64,000 nucleotides of DNA from an uncultured Chloroflexia bacterium (GCA_963746845.1 CAVVCZ010000004.1:1088001-1152000); one strand, 5' to 3'; shown: positions 29,341 to 39,041, counted from the stretch's first letter. Made by a program: numbers and translations. Notes: generated by a model from the letters alone, not told the origin.

Positions 29341-30884
29341 AGCGGGATGTTCCCGTGCTTCTTCGGCGGATTGGTATCCCGCTTGCCGGCGAAGACCTCA
29401 AGGCCGGCGATCAGCCGTGGTCTCGTCTCCGACGGCAGGATGACGTCGTCGATGTAACCGCGCGACGCGGCGATGTACGGGTTCGCGAACCGCGCCTGGT
29501 AGTCGGCGACGAGCCGGGCGTGTTCCGCGGCGGGGTCGTCGGCCCCGTCGATCTGGTCGCGGTAGATGACGTTGACCGCGCCCGCCGGACCCATGACGGC
29601 GATCTCCGCCGTCGGCCAGGCGATGTTCAGGTCGCCGCGGATGTGCTTGCTGCTCATGACGTCGTAAGCGCCGCCGTACGCCTTGCGCGTGATGACCGTG
29701 AGCTTCGGCACGGTCGCTTCGCAATACGCGAAGAGCAGCTTCGCGCCGTGGCGGATGATCCCCCCGTGCTCCTGGTCGACGCCGGGCAGGAATCCCGGGA
29801 CATCCACGAGCGTGACGAGCGGGACGTTGAAGCAGTCACAGGTGCGGACGAACCGCGCGGCCTTGGTCGACGCGGCGATGTCCAGCGCACCCGCGAGGAC
29901 CGACGGCTGCTGCGCGACGATCCCGACGCTGCGCCCCGCGAGGCGGGCGAACCCGACGATGACGTTCTGCGCCCAGTCCGGCTGGATCTCGAGGAACTCG
30001 CCGTCATCGACGACGTGCCCGATGACCTCGTGCATGTCGTATGGCTGGGCGGGATCGTCCGGGATGATCCGGTCCAGCTCGGCGTCTCGGCGATCCACGG
30101 GATCCGTCGAGGCCACCCGCGGTGGATCGTCGAGATTGTTCTGCGGCAGGAACGTCAGGATCCGCCGGGTCGTCGCGAGCGCCGACGCCTCGTCCGGTGC
30201 GGCGATGTGGGCGACCCCGCTGATCGTCGTGTGGGTCGTCGCGCCGCCGAGGCGCTCGGCATCGACGTCCTCGTGCGTCACCGCCCGGACGACGTTTGGC
30301 CCGGTGACGAACATGTAGCTCGTTCCCTCGACCATCACCGTGAAGTCCGTGATCGCGGGTGAGTAGACCGCTCCCCCGGCGCACGGCCCCATCACGACCG
30401 ACAGCTGCGGTACGACGCCGGACGCGAGCGTGTTGCGGAGGAAGATGTCGGCGTAGCCACCGAGCGACACGACGCCTTCCTGGATGCGGGCGCCACCGGA
30501 ATCGTTCAGACCGATGATCGGTGCGCCGACCTTCAATGCGAGGTCCATCACCTTGCAGACCTTGGTCGCGTACGCCTCCGACAGTGACCCGCCGAAGACC
30601 GTGAAGTCCTGGCTGAAGACGAAGACAGCTCGACCGTCGATCTGGCCATGGCCCGTTACGACACCGTCGCCGAGGATCGCGTCCGGGTCGTGATCGTCGC
30701 CGCGCGCCGTCACGTACGCGTCGATCTCCACGAACGATCCCGAATCCAGCAGCAGCTCGATCCGCTCTCGGGCCGTGAGCTTTCCCCGCGCGTGTTGCTG
30801 GTCGATCCTCGTCTGACCGCCGCCGAGAATCGCGCGCTCGCGCATCGCACCGAGCCGGGTGATACGTTCGTCGTTCGTCGACAC
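29337..30884 (-). CDS. pccB: Propionyl-CoA carboxylase carboxyltransferase subunit
   Basis: [46 protein letters not shown]. Confidence 0.92.
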   Translation of the reverse strand: MSTNDERITRLGAMRERAILGGGQTRIDQQHARGKLTARERIELLLDSGSFVEIDAYVTARGDDHDPDAILGDGVVTGHGQIDGRAVFVFSQDFTVFGGSLSEAYATKVCKVMDLALKVGAPIIGLNDSGGARIQEGVVSLGGYADIFLRNTLASGVVPQLSVVMGPCAGGAVYSPAITDFTVMVEGTSYMFVTGPNVVRAVTHEDVDAERLGGATTHTTISGVAHIAAPDEASALATTRRILTFLPQNNLDDPPRVASTDPVDRRDAELDRIIPDDPAQPYDMHEVIGHVVDDGEFLEIQPDWAQNVIVGFARLAGRSVGIVAQQPSVLAGALDIAASTKAARFVRTCDCFNVPLVTLVDVPGFLPGVDQEHGGIIRHGAKLLFAYCEATVPKLTVITRKAYGGAYDVMSSKHIRGDLNIAWPTAEIAVMGPAGAVNVIYRDQIDGADDPAAEHARLVADYQARFANPYIAASRGYIDDVILPSETRPRLIAGLEVFAGKRDTNPPKKHGNIPL

Positions 30885-30905
30885 GGGCTCGCTCCCCTCT
30901 CGGCC

Positions 30906-30921
30906 GTCTTTGCGCAAGGAC
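30906..30921. promoter_or_regulatory. Candidate parS palindrome, copy 2 (GTCTTTGCGCAAGGAC)
   Basis: In the pccB/parA intergenic region; one mismatch from consensus. Confidence 0.6.
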
Positions 30922-30988
30922 AGGGCCGTCGGGCTGGGTCGGCGGGCACCTCGCGCAATGATACGGGCGCCGGACGGCGGCGATCGAC

Positions 30989-31030
30989 ATATCCACAAAA
31001 TGGTGAACAACTCGCCTGATCTGTGGATAA
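30989..31030. promoter_or_regulatory. DnaA box cluster
   Basis: ATATCCACA (30989-30997, one mismatch), degenerate GGTGAACAA (31002-31010), perfect TGTGGATAA (31022-31030). Confidence 0.7.
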
Positions 31031-31134
31031 CCTCGGCACTCGCCCACTGGGCCGCTGGAGTAGCATCACAGGGTCCCACCCGCCACGTCGACCGTCCCGA
31101 CGCCGCAGGGAATCAGATTCGAGGTGATGCCCCG

Positions 31135-31905
31135 GTGACCCAGGTGATCGCGATCGCGAATCAGAAGGGGGGCGTCGGGAAGACGACGACGGCCATCAAC
31201 CTCGCCGGCGCGCTCGAGGAACAGGGCTTTCGCGTCCTCTGCATCGACATGGACCCGCAGGCGAATCTGACCGCGGGACTCGGGATCAACCTCAACACGG
31301 TCGATCGCTCGATGGCCGACGTCCTCGCCGATGGACGTGCGACCCTCGCCGACGTCGTCCGCCCGACCGACGGCGCCGGCATCGACATCGCGCCGGCGAA
31401 CATCGATCTCGCGAGCACCGAGGGCGAGCTGTTCACGGCGCTCGGTCGCGAGCAGGTGCTCCGCGACGCGCTGGAAGGCCAGATCGATGCCTACGACTAC
31501 GTCCTGATCGACTGCCCGCCGAACCTCGGCCTCCTGACGGTCAACGGACTCGTCGCGGCCAACAGCGTGATCATCCCGGTCCAGACGCAGTACTACGCGA
31601 TGAAGGGGCTGAACAATCTCGTCAAGGTCATCAACATGATCCGGATGAAGCTGAACCGCGACCTCCGGATCCTCGGCCTGCTGCCGACGTTCTTCGACAG
31701 CCGGACGAATCTCGCGCGCGACATGCTCGACGAGCTGCGCGTCGTCGGAGATCATCACGTCTTCAGCAGCATCGTTCGCAACACCGTGAAGCTCGGCGAA
31801 GCGCCCCTGGCCGGTCGGCCGATCACCTCCTATGCAAGCTCGTCGGAGGCGGCACGGACGTATCGGGAGCTCGCCCGGGAGGTGATCGAACTTGGCCAGG
31901 CCTGA
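31135..31905 (+). CDS. parA: ParA/Soj ATPase
   Basis: NQKGGVGKTT, DMDPQANLT, IDCPPNLG, VKLGEAP; SD GAGGTG. Confidence 0.96.
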   Translation: MTQVIAIANQKGGVGKTTTAINLAGALEEQGFRVLCIDMDPQANLTAGLGINLNTVDRSMADVLADGRATLADVVRPTDGAGIDIAPANIDLASTEGELFTALGREQVLRDALEGQIDAYDYVLIDCPPNLGLLTVNGLVAANSVIIPVQTQYYAMKGLNNLVKVINMIRMKLNRDLRILGLLPTFFDSRTNLARDMLDELRVVGDHHVFSSIVRNTVKLGEAPLAGRPITSYASSSEAARTYRELAREVIELGQA

Positions 31906-32902
31906 CTTCCGCGCAGCGGCCGCCCGTCGCCTGTCCGAAGATCGCGAGCTGTCGCCCTCGATCATCAGCCTGCTGACGTCCGACAACGTCGGCCGGAGCG
32001 TCGGCGTCAAGGTCATCCCCGTCGACCGGATCGAATCCAACCCCCAGCAGCCGCGGATGGTCTTCGACGAGACGGCAATGCACGAGCTCGCCGGGTCGAT
32101 CCGCGAACATGGCGTCCTCCAGCCGATCCTCGTCCGGCCACTCGGTGAGAACCGGTTCCAGCTCATCGCCGGGGAGCGTCGGTGGCGCGCGTCGAAGGAA
32201 GCGGGGCTCGCGACGATCCCTGCCCTCGTCGAGGAGATCGACGACGACACGGCCCTGGAGATCTCGATCATCGAGAACCTCCAGCGGGAGGACCTGTCGC
32301 CGCTCGAAGAAGCGACGATGTACGACCGGATGATCCACGAGCACGGCTACTCCATCCGGAAGCTCGCCGACAAGCTCGGCAAGGACAAGGGCTATCTCGA
32401 GAACCGGCTGCGACTCGCCGACGCACCCGAGGAGATCCGCGAGCTGGTGTCCTTGCGCAAAGACACCCTGTCCCATGCCTACGAGCTGCTGAAGGTCCAG
32501 GACCCGAAGAAGCGGCGGAAGCTCGCGAGTCAGGTCGCGGCCGGGGAGCTGTCGCTCGTCAAGCTCCGGGAGCGGATCGAGGGCCGGCGGCCTCGAGCGG
32601 CGGTGGCCGCCGACGTCGAAACCGACGATCCGGCGCCGCGTTCGACGCCGGCGCCCGAGCCGGACGAGTCGGACGACTGGGTCTCCACGCGCCAGCGCGG
32701 TCCCCTCTCCGACGACTCCCTCCAGCAGGCCCGGCACCAGTTGAACGACGCCGTCGAAGACCTCGTCTCGGTGCTTCGATCGCCGGACGTCGTCCGGTCG
32801 ATCCCGGAGGTCGACCGGGCGAACCTCGCGAAGTACCTGACGATCGCCAAGCTCAAGCTCGAGAACGCGATCGCGGTCGTCCGATCCGGGACATCCGAGT
32901 AG
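31892..32902 (+). CDS. parB: ParB/Spo0J CTPase DNA-binding protein
   Basis: NPQQPR, GVLQPI, AGERRWRA, IIENLQREDL, HTH; TTG start with GGAGG. Confidence 0.95.
   Translation: MARPDFRAAAARRLSEDRELSPSIISLLTSDNVGRSVGVKVIPVDRIESNPQQPRMVFDETAMHELAGSIREHGVLQPILVRPLGENRFQLIAGERRWRASKEAGLATIPALVEEIDDDTALEISIIENLQREDLSPLEEATMYDRMIHEHGYSIRKLADKLGKDKGYLENRLRLADAPEEIRELVSLRKDTLSHAYELLKVQDPKKRRKLASQVAAGELSLVKLRERIEGRRPRAAVAADVETDDPAPRSTPAPEPDESDDWVSTRQRGPLSDDSLQQARHQLNDAVEDLVSVLRSPDVVRSIPEVDRANLAKYLTIAKLKLENAIAVVRSGTSE
32449..32464. promoter_or_regulatory. Candidate parS palindrome, copy 3, inside parB (GTCCTTGCGCAAAGAC)
   Basis: Extends to the 22-bp near-palindrome GGTGTCCTTGCGCAAAGACACC (32446-32467). 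Confidence 0.6.
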
Positions 32903-32924
32903 CCGATCCCCCACCCGGGGTCCA

Positions 32925-32951
32925 GAAGCCGGCGCCACGGGCGCCGGCTTC
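32925..32951. terminator. Hairpin between convergent parB and UbiA-family genes
   Basis: GAAGCCGGCGCC-ACG-GGCGCCGGCTTC, perfect 12-bp stem. Confidence 0.7.
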
Positions 32952-32970
32952 GTCGTCGAGGGGCCGAGGA

Positions 32971-33825
32971 TCAGACGACGACGGCCACCCACAGGACGCC
33001 GAGCACCGCGAGCGCGACGGCCTCGACCTGCCACGCTCGCTCGCGGGCCGGGCTGGACCGGCGGCCTCCGGACCAGACGGCGGCGGCGACGGGGATGATC
33101 CCCGCGACGGCGATGGCCGCGAGCGCCGCCGACCCGGCACCGGCGATCGAGGCCGACACCCCCGCGATGACCGCGACCGCTCCGTAGAGGACGGCCATGA
33201 CCCGGGCCGCCCGCCCCGGCCCAAGCTCAGCAGCGACGGACGTACGGCCGGCTGCCCGATCGCGCTCGACGTCCACGAGGCTGTTGCCGATCGCGAGCGC
33301 CGCGCCCGCCGCGACGGCCGCCGGAACCAGGGCCGCGAAGGCCGCCGGGAGCCCGCCGGTCGCTCCCAGCCAGCCGTAGACCGGGAGGATCGGGATCCCC
33401 ACCGCGAACGGCAGCCACGACCAGGCCGTTCCCTTCAGCCACAGGTCATACGCCAGCCCGATCCCGATCACGACGATCGAGAGGGCGGCGATCGCCGGGC
33501 TGACGCTCGCCCCGAGCACGACGCCCGTGGCGAACAGGACGGTGGCGACGATCCGCGCCATGGTGGGATCGACGAGGCCGTCCGGGATCGGCTTGCCCCC
33601 CTTGCGACCGGCATCGGCCGGCGCGTCGACGATGTCGTTCACGACCCCGATCCCGAGCTGGAGCAGCGTCATCGCCAGACCCAGCCGGATCGCCAACCCC
33701 GGCCCTGCCCCGGCCACGAGCGCGACGGCGGCACACACGACGCCGTCGAGCACGGACGGGAAGGGGTGGCTGAGCCGGACCCAGCCCAGGAGACGCGTCC
33801 CGGCCGGCCGGCCGTCGGCCGGCAC
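32971..33825 (-). CDS. UbiA family prenyltransferase
   Basis: RLSHPFP, NDIVDAPAD..KPIP, YDLWLK, NSLVDVERD; multi-TM; start approximate. Confidence 0.85.
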   Translation of the reverse strand: MPADGRPAGTRLLGWVRLSHPFPSVLDGVVCAAVALVAGAGPGLAIRLGLAMTLLQLGIGVVNDIVDAPADAGRKGGKPIPDGLVDPTMARIVATVLFATGVVLGASVSPAIAALSIVVIGIGLAYDLWLKGTAWSWLPFAVGIPILPVYGWLGATGGLPAAFAALVPAAVAAGAALAIGNSLVDVERDRAAGRTSVAAELGPGRAARVMAVLYGAVAVIAGVSASIAGAGSAALAAIAVAGIIPVAAAVWSGGRRSSPARERAWQVEAVALAVLGVLWVAVVV

Positions 33826-33829
33826 GGGG

Positions 33830-34195
33830 TCAGACGTAGACGAGCTCGTTGAAGTTCGCGACGAGGTACTCGATGAGCCGATCGCGGCCATCCTTGACCT
33901 GCGAGCGGATCCCCGGCACGAGCACGAACAAGGTGATCGCGGGGACCATCAGGCTGCCGTCCCGGTCCCGCCCGACCACGGCCGGAGCGCCACCACCAGA
34001 AGCGAACACCCGTTCGAAACCTGCCTCGTCCAACCGGGCGGCTCGGCGGAAGTCCCCGACCACCTGCCGGACGCCACGGCGGATCGCGACGTCGCGCATC
34101 AGCTCGGCGGCCCAGGCGTCGATCTGCTCGTCGCTCTGCTCAGCGAGACGGGCTCGATACTCCTTGGGATCGGCGGACAGGCCGGACGTCGCCAC
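33830..34195 (-). CDS. Hypothetical protein (about 121 aa)
   Basis: SD AGGAGAG before GTG; globular-looking sequence ending NFNELVYV. Confidence 0.75.
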   Translation of the reverse strand: MATSGLSADPKEYRARLAEQSDEQIDAWAAELMRDVAIRRGVRQVVGDFRRAARLDEAGFERVFASGGGAPAVVGRDRDGSLMVPAITLFVLVPGIRSQVKDGRDRLIEYLVANFNELVYV

Positions 34196-34245
34196 GGGCT
34201 CTCCTGGGGTTCGGATCGCCGGCAGTATGCCAGAGATCGAGGCCG

Positions 34246-35814
34246 TCAGGCCCCGTCGGAGGGGGTCGGGCCGGGTGCCGAGCGGGCCACCGGAAGCGCG
34301 GCCCAGCGCGCCAGCTCGGCGGTCTGGGCGGCTTCCCGGCTGCCCTCCGGCCACTCGTTGAACAGGTCCGTCAACCTCCGGCCCAACGGCCCCGGCCGAC
34401 CGATCTCGGGCTGCTCCGCGACCATCGCCCCGAGCGCGGCCTCGCAGGTCGCGGTCAGCGCCTGGATGCCGTCCCGGTTGGGCCGCCCGGTCGTGGGGAT
34501 CGGGTCGCCGACCCGGACCGTGATCCGCCGGCCGAACCCCAGCCACGACGTCCCCGCGATCGCGAGCGGGACGAGCGGCACGCCCTCACGAAGCGCGAAG
34601 TACGCCGGCCCATCCTCGAGCGGGCGCAGGTGCGACTCGAACGGCTGGATCCTGCCCTCCCCCGCGATCGCGATCACCCGCCCCGCAGCGATCGACCAGT
34701 GCACGCGCCGGGTGGCCTCGAGCAGGTCGCCCTTGCCCGGTCGATACGGGATCGTGGCGCCGGTCCAGTTCATCAGACGGTTCCGGCCACCCACCGTCAT
34801 GTCCTCCTCGCGCGGTCCGAAGAACATCAGGCGGGGGCGGATCGGGAGCGTCGCCATGAGGACGAACGGGTCGATCCAGCTCAGGTGGTTGAAGCAGTAG
34901 ATGGCCGGCGTGCCCGGCAGACGCTCACGTCCGACGAGCCGTGGCCGGAACAGCGCGCGACAGACCACCCAGGCGCCGGCCCGGCTGACCATCGTGCGGA
35001 TCCAGCGACGCCACGGGTGGATGGTGTCGGCCGGGGGAGCGGGGGCCGCGGCGGCACGGCCCGCGGACGAGGGTGGCGACGAGCGTGACGACGAGCGTGA
35101 CGGCTGGACACGGGGTCGTCCGGCGGCGGTGACCTGCGCCGGATCGAGGTCCGCCAGGCGATCGAGAACGAGGTCGGCATGCTCGGCCGCCCCGGGCGCC
35201 GGCGGCACGGAGTCGTTCGGCACGAGGACGGTCGTCATCCCGGCCGCCTGGCCGGCCCGAAGGCCGTTGAGCGAGTCCTCGACGACCAGGGTGCACTCCG
35301 GATCGGCCGACAGGCGACGGGCGGCCTCCAGGAACACGTCCGGCGCCGGCTTGCCGTGCTCGACCTCGTCGGACGAGACGATCACCCCGAACGTGTCGGT
35401 CAGCCCGGTCGCGGCGAGGGCTGCGTCGATCACGGCCCGATGCGACGACGACGCCAGCGCGACCGGGAGCGTCGCGGCGATGCGCCGGACCGCGGGCACA
35501 GCCCCGTCGATGACCGGTGGCCCCTCGTGCGCGTACCGCTCGATCATCCCGTCCACGATCGCCCGCTCGATCTCGCCCGCCGGCAGGTCGAGGCCGAGGC
35601 GGCGGCGCATGGTCTCGGACCACTGGCGAGAGTTGGCGCCCATGACGGCGTGCCGGTCGTCGACAGTCCACGTCCGTCCATGATCGGCGGCGAATGCCCG
35701 GCGGACCTCGTCCCACCAGATCTCCGAGTCGACGATCACGCCGTCGAGATCGAAGACCACCGCCTCGATCGAGTGCCGCTCCGGGGGGTCCGCGGCTGGC
35801 GCAGGCGCGCTCAG
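34246..35814 (-). CDS. HAD-IA hydrolase / PlsC-type acyltransferase fusion
   Basis: FDLDGVIVDSE, GKPAPDVF and VEDSLNG, then NHLSWID (HX4D) and GEGR in one frame; start uncertain (CTG 35814 or GTG near 35760). Confidence 0.85.
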   Translation of the reverse strand: MSAPAPAADPPERHSIEAVVFDLDGVIVDSEIWWDEVRRAFAADHGRTWTVDDRHAVMGANSRQWSETMRRRLGLDLPAGEIERAIVDGMIERYAHEGPPVIDGAVPAVRRIAATLPVALASSSHRAVIDAALAATGLTDTFGVIVSSDEVEHGKPAPDVFLEAARRLSADPECTLVVEDSLNGLRAGQAAGMTTVLVPNDSVPPAPGAAEHADLVLDRLADLDPAQVTAAGRPRVQPSRSSSRSSPPSSAGRAAAAPAPPADTIHPWRRWIRTMVSRAGAWVVCRALFRPRLVGRERLPGTPAIYCFNHLSWIDPFVLMATLPIRPRLMFFGPREEDMTVGGRNRLMNWTGATIPYRPGKGDLLEATRRVHWSIAAGRVIAIAGEGRIQPFESHLRPLEDGPAYFALREGVPLVPLAIAGTSWLGFGRRITVRVGDPIPTTGRPNRDGIQALTATCEAALGAMVAEQPEIGRPGPLGRRLTDLFNEWPEGSREAAQTAELARWAALPVARSAPGPTPSDGA

Positions 35815-36395
35815 CGTGACGCCTTGCGGGTGGACGCGGGCTTCACGGGAACGACGGCCGAGCTCGTGGAGCCCGGGGCCGCCCTGGTCGCCGTGGATCG
35901 CCCGGCCGCCGGCCGCTTCGTCGCGGTCCCGGTCTTCGATCCTGCCGCGCGCGAGCGGCGGCGGGCCGTCTCCTCGACCGGCGGCAGGGGCCGGCCGTCG
36001 ATCGCGGCGATCACCCGAAGGGCGAACGCCGCCACCCGGTCGGCCTCGTCGTCGATGCCGCGCAGGATCTGGCCCTCGATCTGGAAGCTCAGGAGCCGGC
36101 GGCCACCCTGCGTCTCGACCGCCAGCTCGCCGATCGCCACGCGCTGCCAGCGGACGAGCTTCGTCGTGGCCCGCGGTCCCTCGCCGGGGACGATCCGGAC
36201 GAAGCATGAGATCAACCCGGGGTCCGTGGGAGCGAGGATCGTGAAGCGGGCGGTCGGCTCGTCCCCCCAGGCAACCCAGCAGTGCGGATCCGGATCCGCC
36301 CCGAACGCCACCATCACCGGATCGACGACGGCCGCGATCCGCGACGACTCCGCGTTCTTGTGGGGGGCACGGGCGCGCCACTCGCTGAGTCGCAT
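35811..36395 (-). CDS. Hypothetical protein
   Basis: SD GGAGGG before ATG; structured N-terminal region and low-complexity basic tail. Confidence 0.7.
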   Translation of the reverse strand: MRLSEWRARAPHKNAESSRIAAVVDPVMVAFGADPDPHCWVAWGDEPTARFTILAPTDPGLISCFVRIVPGEGPRATTKLVRWQRVAIGELAVETQGGRRLLSFQIEGQILRGIDDEADRVAAFALRVIAAIDGRPLPPVEETARRRSRAAGSKTGTATKRPAAGRSTATRAAPGSTSSAVVPVKPASTRKASR

Positions 36396-36544
36396 CGTTC
36401 CCTCCGATCCCAGACCGCCGCGAGCCCGGTCGTGGACCGGTCAGCCCGAGGCTAGCACAGTCCTGTACCGTTCCCGTCGCCCCTCCGTCGAGGCGTCGAC
36501 GGAGGTGGACGCCGACCAGGGGGCACTGTGACGGGGACGATCTC

Positions 36545-37696
36545 GTGAGCACGATCGCCGGGATGATCGCGATGGCCGCGGGCCTGCCCGCGGTCGTCGT
36601 CGCGTCCGGCGCCGTTCTGCCTGACGTCCGGGTGCTGGTCGTCCTCGCGGGCGGGATCGGGGGCGGCCTCTTCCTGCTCGTCCGCGGCCTGGCCGATTAC
36701 CGCGCGAGCGGCCAGATCAGCGGCATCTCGACCTCCCGGATCGCGTCGATCGCGGTCGGCGAGGTCCTGGTGAGCGGGACCGCCGAGCCGATCGAGCTGA
36801 CGCTCGTCTCGCCGCTCCAGAGCGCCACCTGCCTGTACTACCGCTCCCGGGTCACCGACACCGGGGACGACGAGGGCGAGGTTTTCCGGGAGGAGCGTGC
36901 GGTCGGGTTCCGCGTCCGCGACGACAGTGGGGCGGTCCGCGTCTTTCCGCGTGGCGCACGGTTCGACGTTCCGGATCGGTTCGACGAGCAGAGCGGCCGC
37001 TGGGACGGCGACCCGCCCGGCCTCCTGCCCCGGACGGGCTCCGCGTTCGGCCCGGGTGTGGACCGCGACGCCCAGATCGCGGCGCTGCTGACCGTGCGCG
37101 ACCCGGGGCGGGACGCGTGGAACCGGCCGCTGCCGTCACCGACGATCCTCGGCGGCTCGTCGCGGCTCGTCGCCGGATCGAGCCATCGCCACTACACCGA
37201 GGCGCGGATCGAACCGGGCGACGTCGTCACGGTCGTCGGGCGCGTCCTGCCGTTCGGCGACCTCGCCGACCCGACCGCGGCGAACCTCCTCGAGGAGGGG
37301 ATGGTCCCCGCCGGCGATCCCGAGGTCGCAGCCGACGTCGCGGCCGCGCGGGCATCGGGACAGCTCGCGGCGACGCCTGAGGAGGCGTGGGGCAACGCCG
37401 CGATCGAGGGCTTCGGGATCGGGAAGCCCGTCCGGGCACCGGAGCTCGATCCGGATGCCACGCCGCCGCCCCCGCCGGACCCGGCGCTGGCGAAGCGCGC
37501 GAGCGACGCGTTCGACATCCCGCCGGAGGCCCTCGTCCTCGCGAGCTCGTCGGAGTCCTCGCTCCTCGTGTCCCTCGGTGCGCCGGTCGCGATCGCCGGG
37601 CGCCACCAGGGCCGGATCGTGCTCGGGTTGTTCGGCGGGGTCGTGGCGATCTTGTCGGCGATGACCCTGGCGATCCTGGTCACGGGCCCGTCCTGA
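36545..37696 (+). CDS. GIDE-domain membrane protein
   Basis: N- and C-terminal TM helices; TSRIASIAVGEV, SPLQSATCLYY, FRVRDDSG, YTEARIEPGD; coupled to lemA. Confidence 0.7.
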   Translation: MSTIAGMIAMAAGLPAVVVASGAVLPDVRVLVVLAGGIGGGLFLLVRGLADYRASGQISGISTSRIASIAVGEVLVSGTAEPIELTLVSPLQSATCLYYRSRVTDTGDDEGEVFREERAVGFRVRDDSGAVRVFPRGARFDVPDRFDEQSGRWDGDPPGLLPRTGSAFGPGVDRDAQIAALLTVRDPGRDAWNRPLPSPTILGGSSRLVAGSSHRHYTEARIEPGDVVTVVGRVLPFGDLADPTAANLLEEGMVPAGDPEVAADVAAARASGQLAATPEEAWGNAAIEGFGIGKPVRAPELDPDATPPPPPDPALAKRASDAFDIPPEALVLASSSESSLLVSLGAPVAIAGRHQGRIVLGLFGGVVAILSAMTLAILVTGPS

Positions 37697-38286
37697 TGCC
37701 GATGGCCCTCGCCGCGGCGTTCGCGATCGGACTCCTCGTCGCGATCGTCTTCTTCTTCGTCGTCGTGACCTACAACGACGTAATCGCGATGGAGCGGCGG
37801 ATCGACAAGGCGTGGGCCAACATCGAGGTCGTCCTCCAGCAGCGGCACGACCAGCTGCCGGCGCTCATCGATGCCGTTCGAGGCCTGATGCAGTACGAGC
37901 GCGGCGTGCTGACCGCGGTGACGGCCGCCCGGGCCGCGTTCTCCCCCACCGCCCCGATCCCGCGCCAGGCGACGACCGCCGCCGAGACCACTCGCGCCAT
38001 CCGGACCCTGTTCGCGACCGTGGAGCAATACCCACAGATCCGCTCGGGGGAGAACGTCCTGTCGCTGCAGGGCGAGATCGAGCGGCTGGAGGGGATGCTC
38101 GCCGACCGGCGCGAGCTGTACAACGATCAGGTCTACCGGCTCAATGCCCGGATCGCGCAGGTGCCTGCGGTTATCCTCGCCGGCCTCTTCGGCTGGCGGG
38201 CGCGGCCGTTCTTCGACGCCGAGCCCGGTGCCGACGCACCCCCGCCGAGCCTCACCGACGCCATGGGCGGCCCACCGCCGTCGTGA
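37696..38286 (+). CDS. lemA: LemA family protein
   Basis: TM-YN...AWANIEVVLQQRHD...VEQYPQI...RRELYNDQV. Confidence 0.92.
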   Translation: MPMALAAAFAIGLLVAIVFFFVVVTYNDVIAMERRIDKAWANIEVVLQQRHDQLPALIDAVRGLMQYERGVLTAVTAARAAFSPTAPIPRQATTAAETTRAIRTLFATVEQYPQIRSGENVLSLQGEIERLEGMLADRRELYNDQVYRLNARIAQVPAVILAGLFGWRARPFFDAEPGADAPPPSLTDAMGGPPPS

Positions 38287-38882
38287 CCGCAGCCCCGCCC
38301 ACCCCGACCCGGCTCGTCCTCGTCCGCCACGGCGAGACCGACTGGTCGAAGGCCGGTCGCCACACCGGCCGGACGGACATCCCGCTGAACACACGCGGCC
38401 GTGCCGAGGCCCGCGGCCTCGGCCGGGTCCTCGCGGGCCGCGCCTTCACGCGCGTCCTCGCCAGCCCCCTCGCCCGAGCGGCCGAGACGGCCCGCCTCGC
38501 TGGATTCGGCGATCGCGTGGAGCTCGACGACGATCTGCGGGAGTGGGACTACGGCGTGTTCGAGGGCCGGACGCGAGCCGAGATCGCCCGGGAGATTCCT
38601 GGCTGGACCGTGTGGAGCGTGCCGATCGTCGGCGGCGAGACGCTTGACGAGCTCGGTGCCCGGGCGGACCGGGTGATCGGCTCGCTGCTGCCCACCGGGG
38701 GTGATGTCCTCGTCTTCTCCCACGGCCACATCCTTCGCGTCCTCGCCGCCCGCTGGATCGAGGCCGCGCCCGTGACGGCGAGCCGGCTGGAGCTGTGGAC
38801 CGCCACCGTGTCCGAGCTCGGCTGGGAGCAGGAGCGACGCGTGGTGGAGGTCTGGAACGCGGGGCCGGCCGGAAGCCGCTGA
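38283..38882 (+). CDS. Histidine phosphatase family protein
   Basis: RHGETDWS, SPLARA, EWDYG, SHGH. Confidence 0.92.
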   Translation: MTAAPPTPTRLVLVRHGETDWSKAGRHTGRTDIPLNTRGRAEARGLGRVLAGRAFTRVLASPLARAAETARLAGFGDRVELDDDLREWDYGVFEGRTRAEIAREIPGWTVWSVPIVGGETLDELGARADRVIGSLLPTGGDVLVFSHGHILRVLAARWIEAAPVTASRLELWTATVSELGWEQERRVVEVWNAGPAGSR

Positions 38883-39041
38883 GCGCGCCCTCGAGGCGCG
38901 CAACGGCCCGTTTCGGCGTGGGTGGGCTCGTTCGCGGTAGAATGAGCGTACGCGCCCCCACGCGACCCGTCCCCGCTAGGTCGTCGGCCCTCCCGGACCG
39001 GCCTGCGTCGGCCGATCGATCTTCGAGGAGTACCACGCCCA

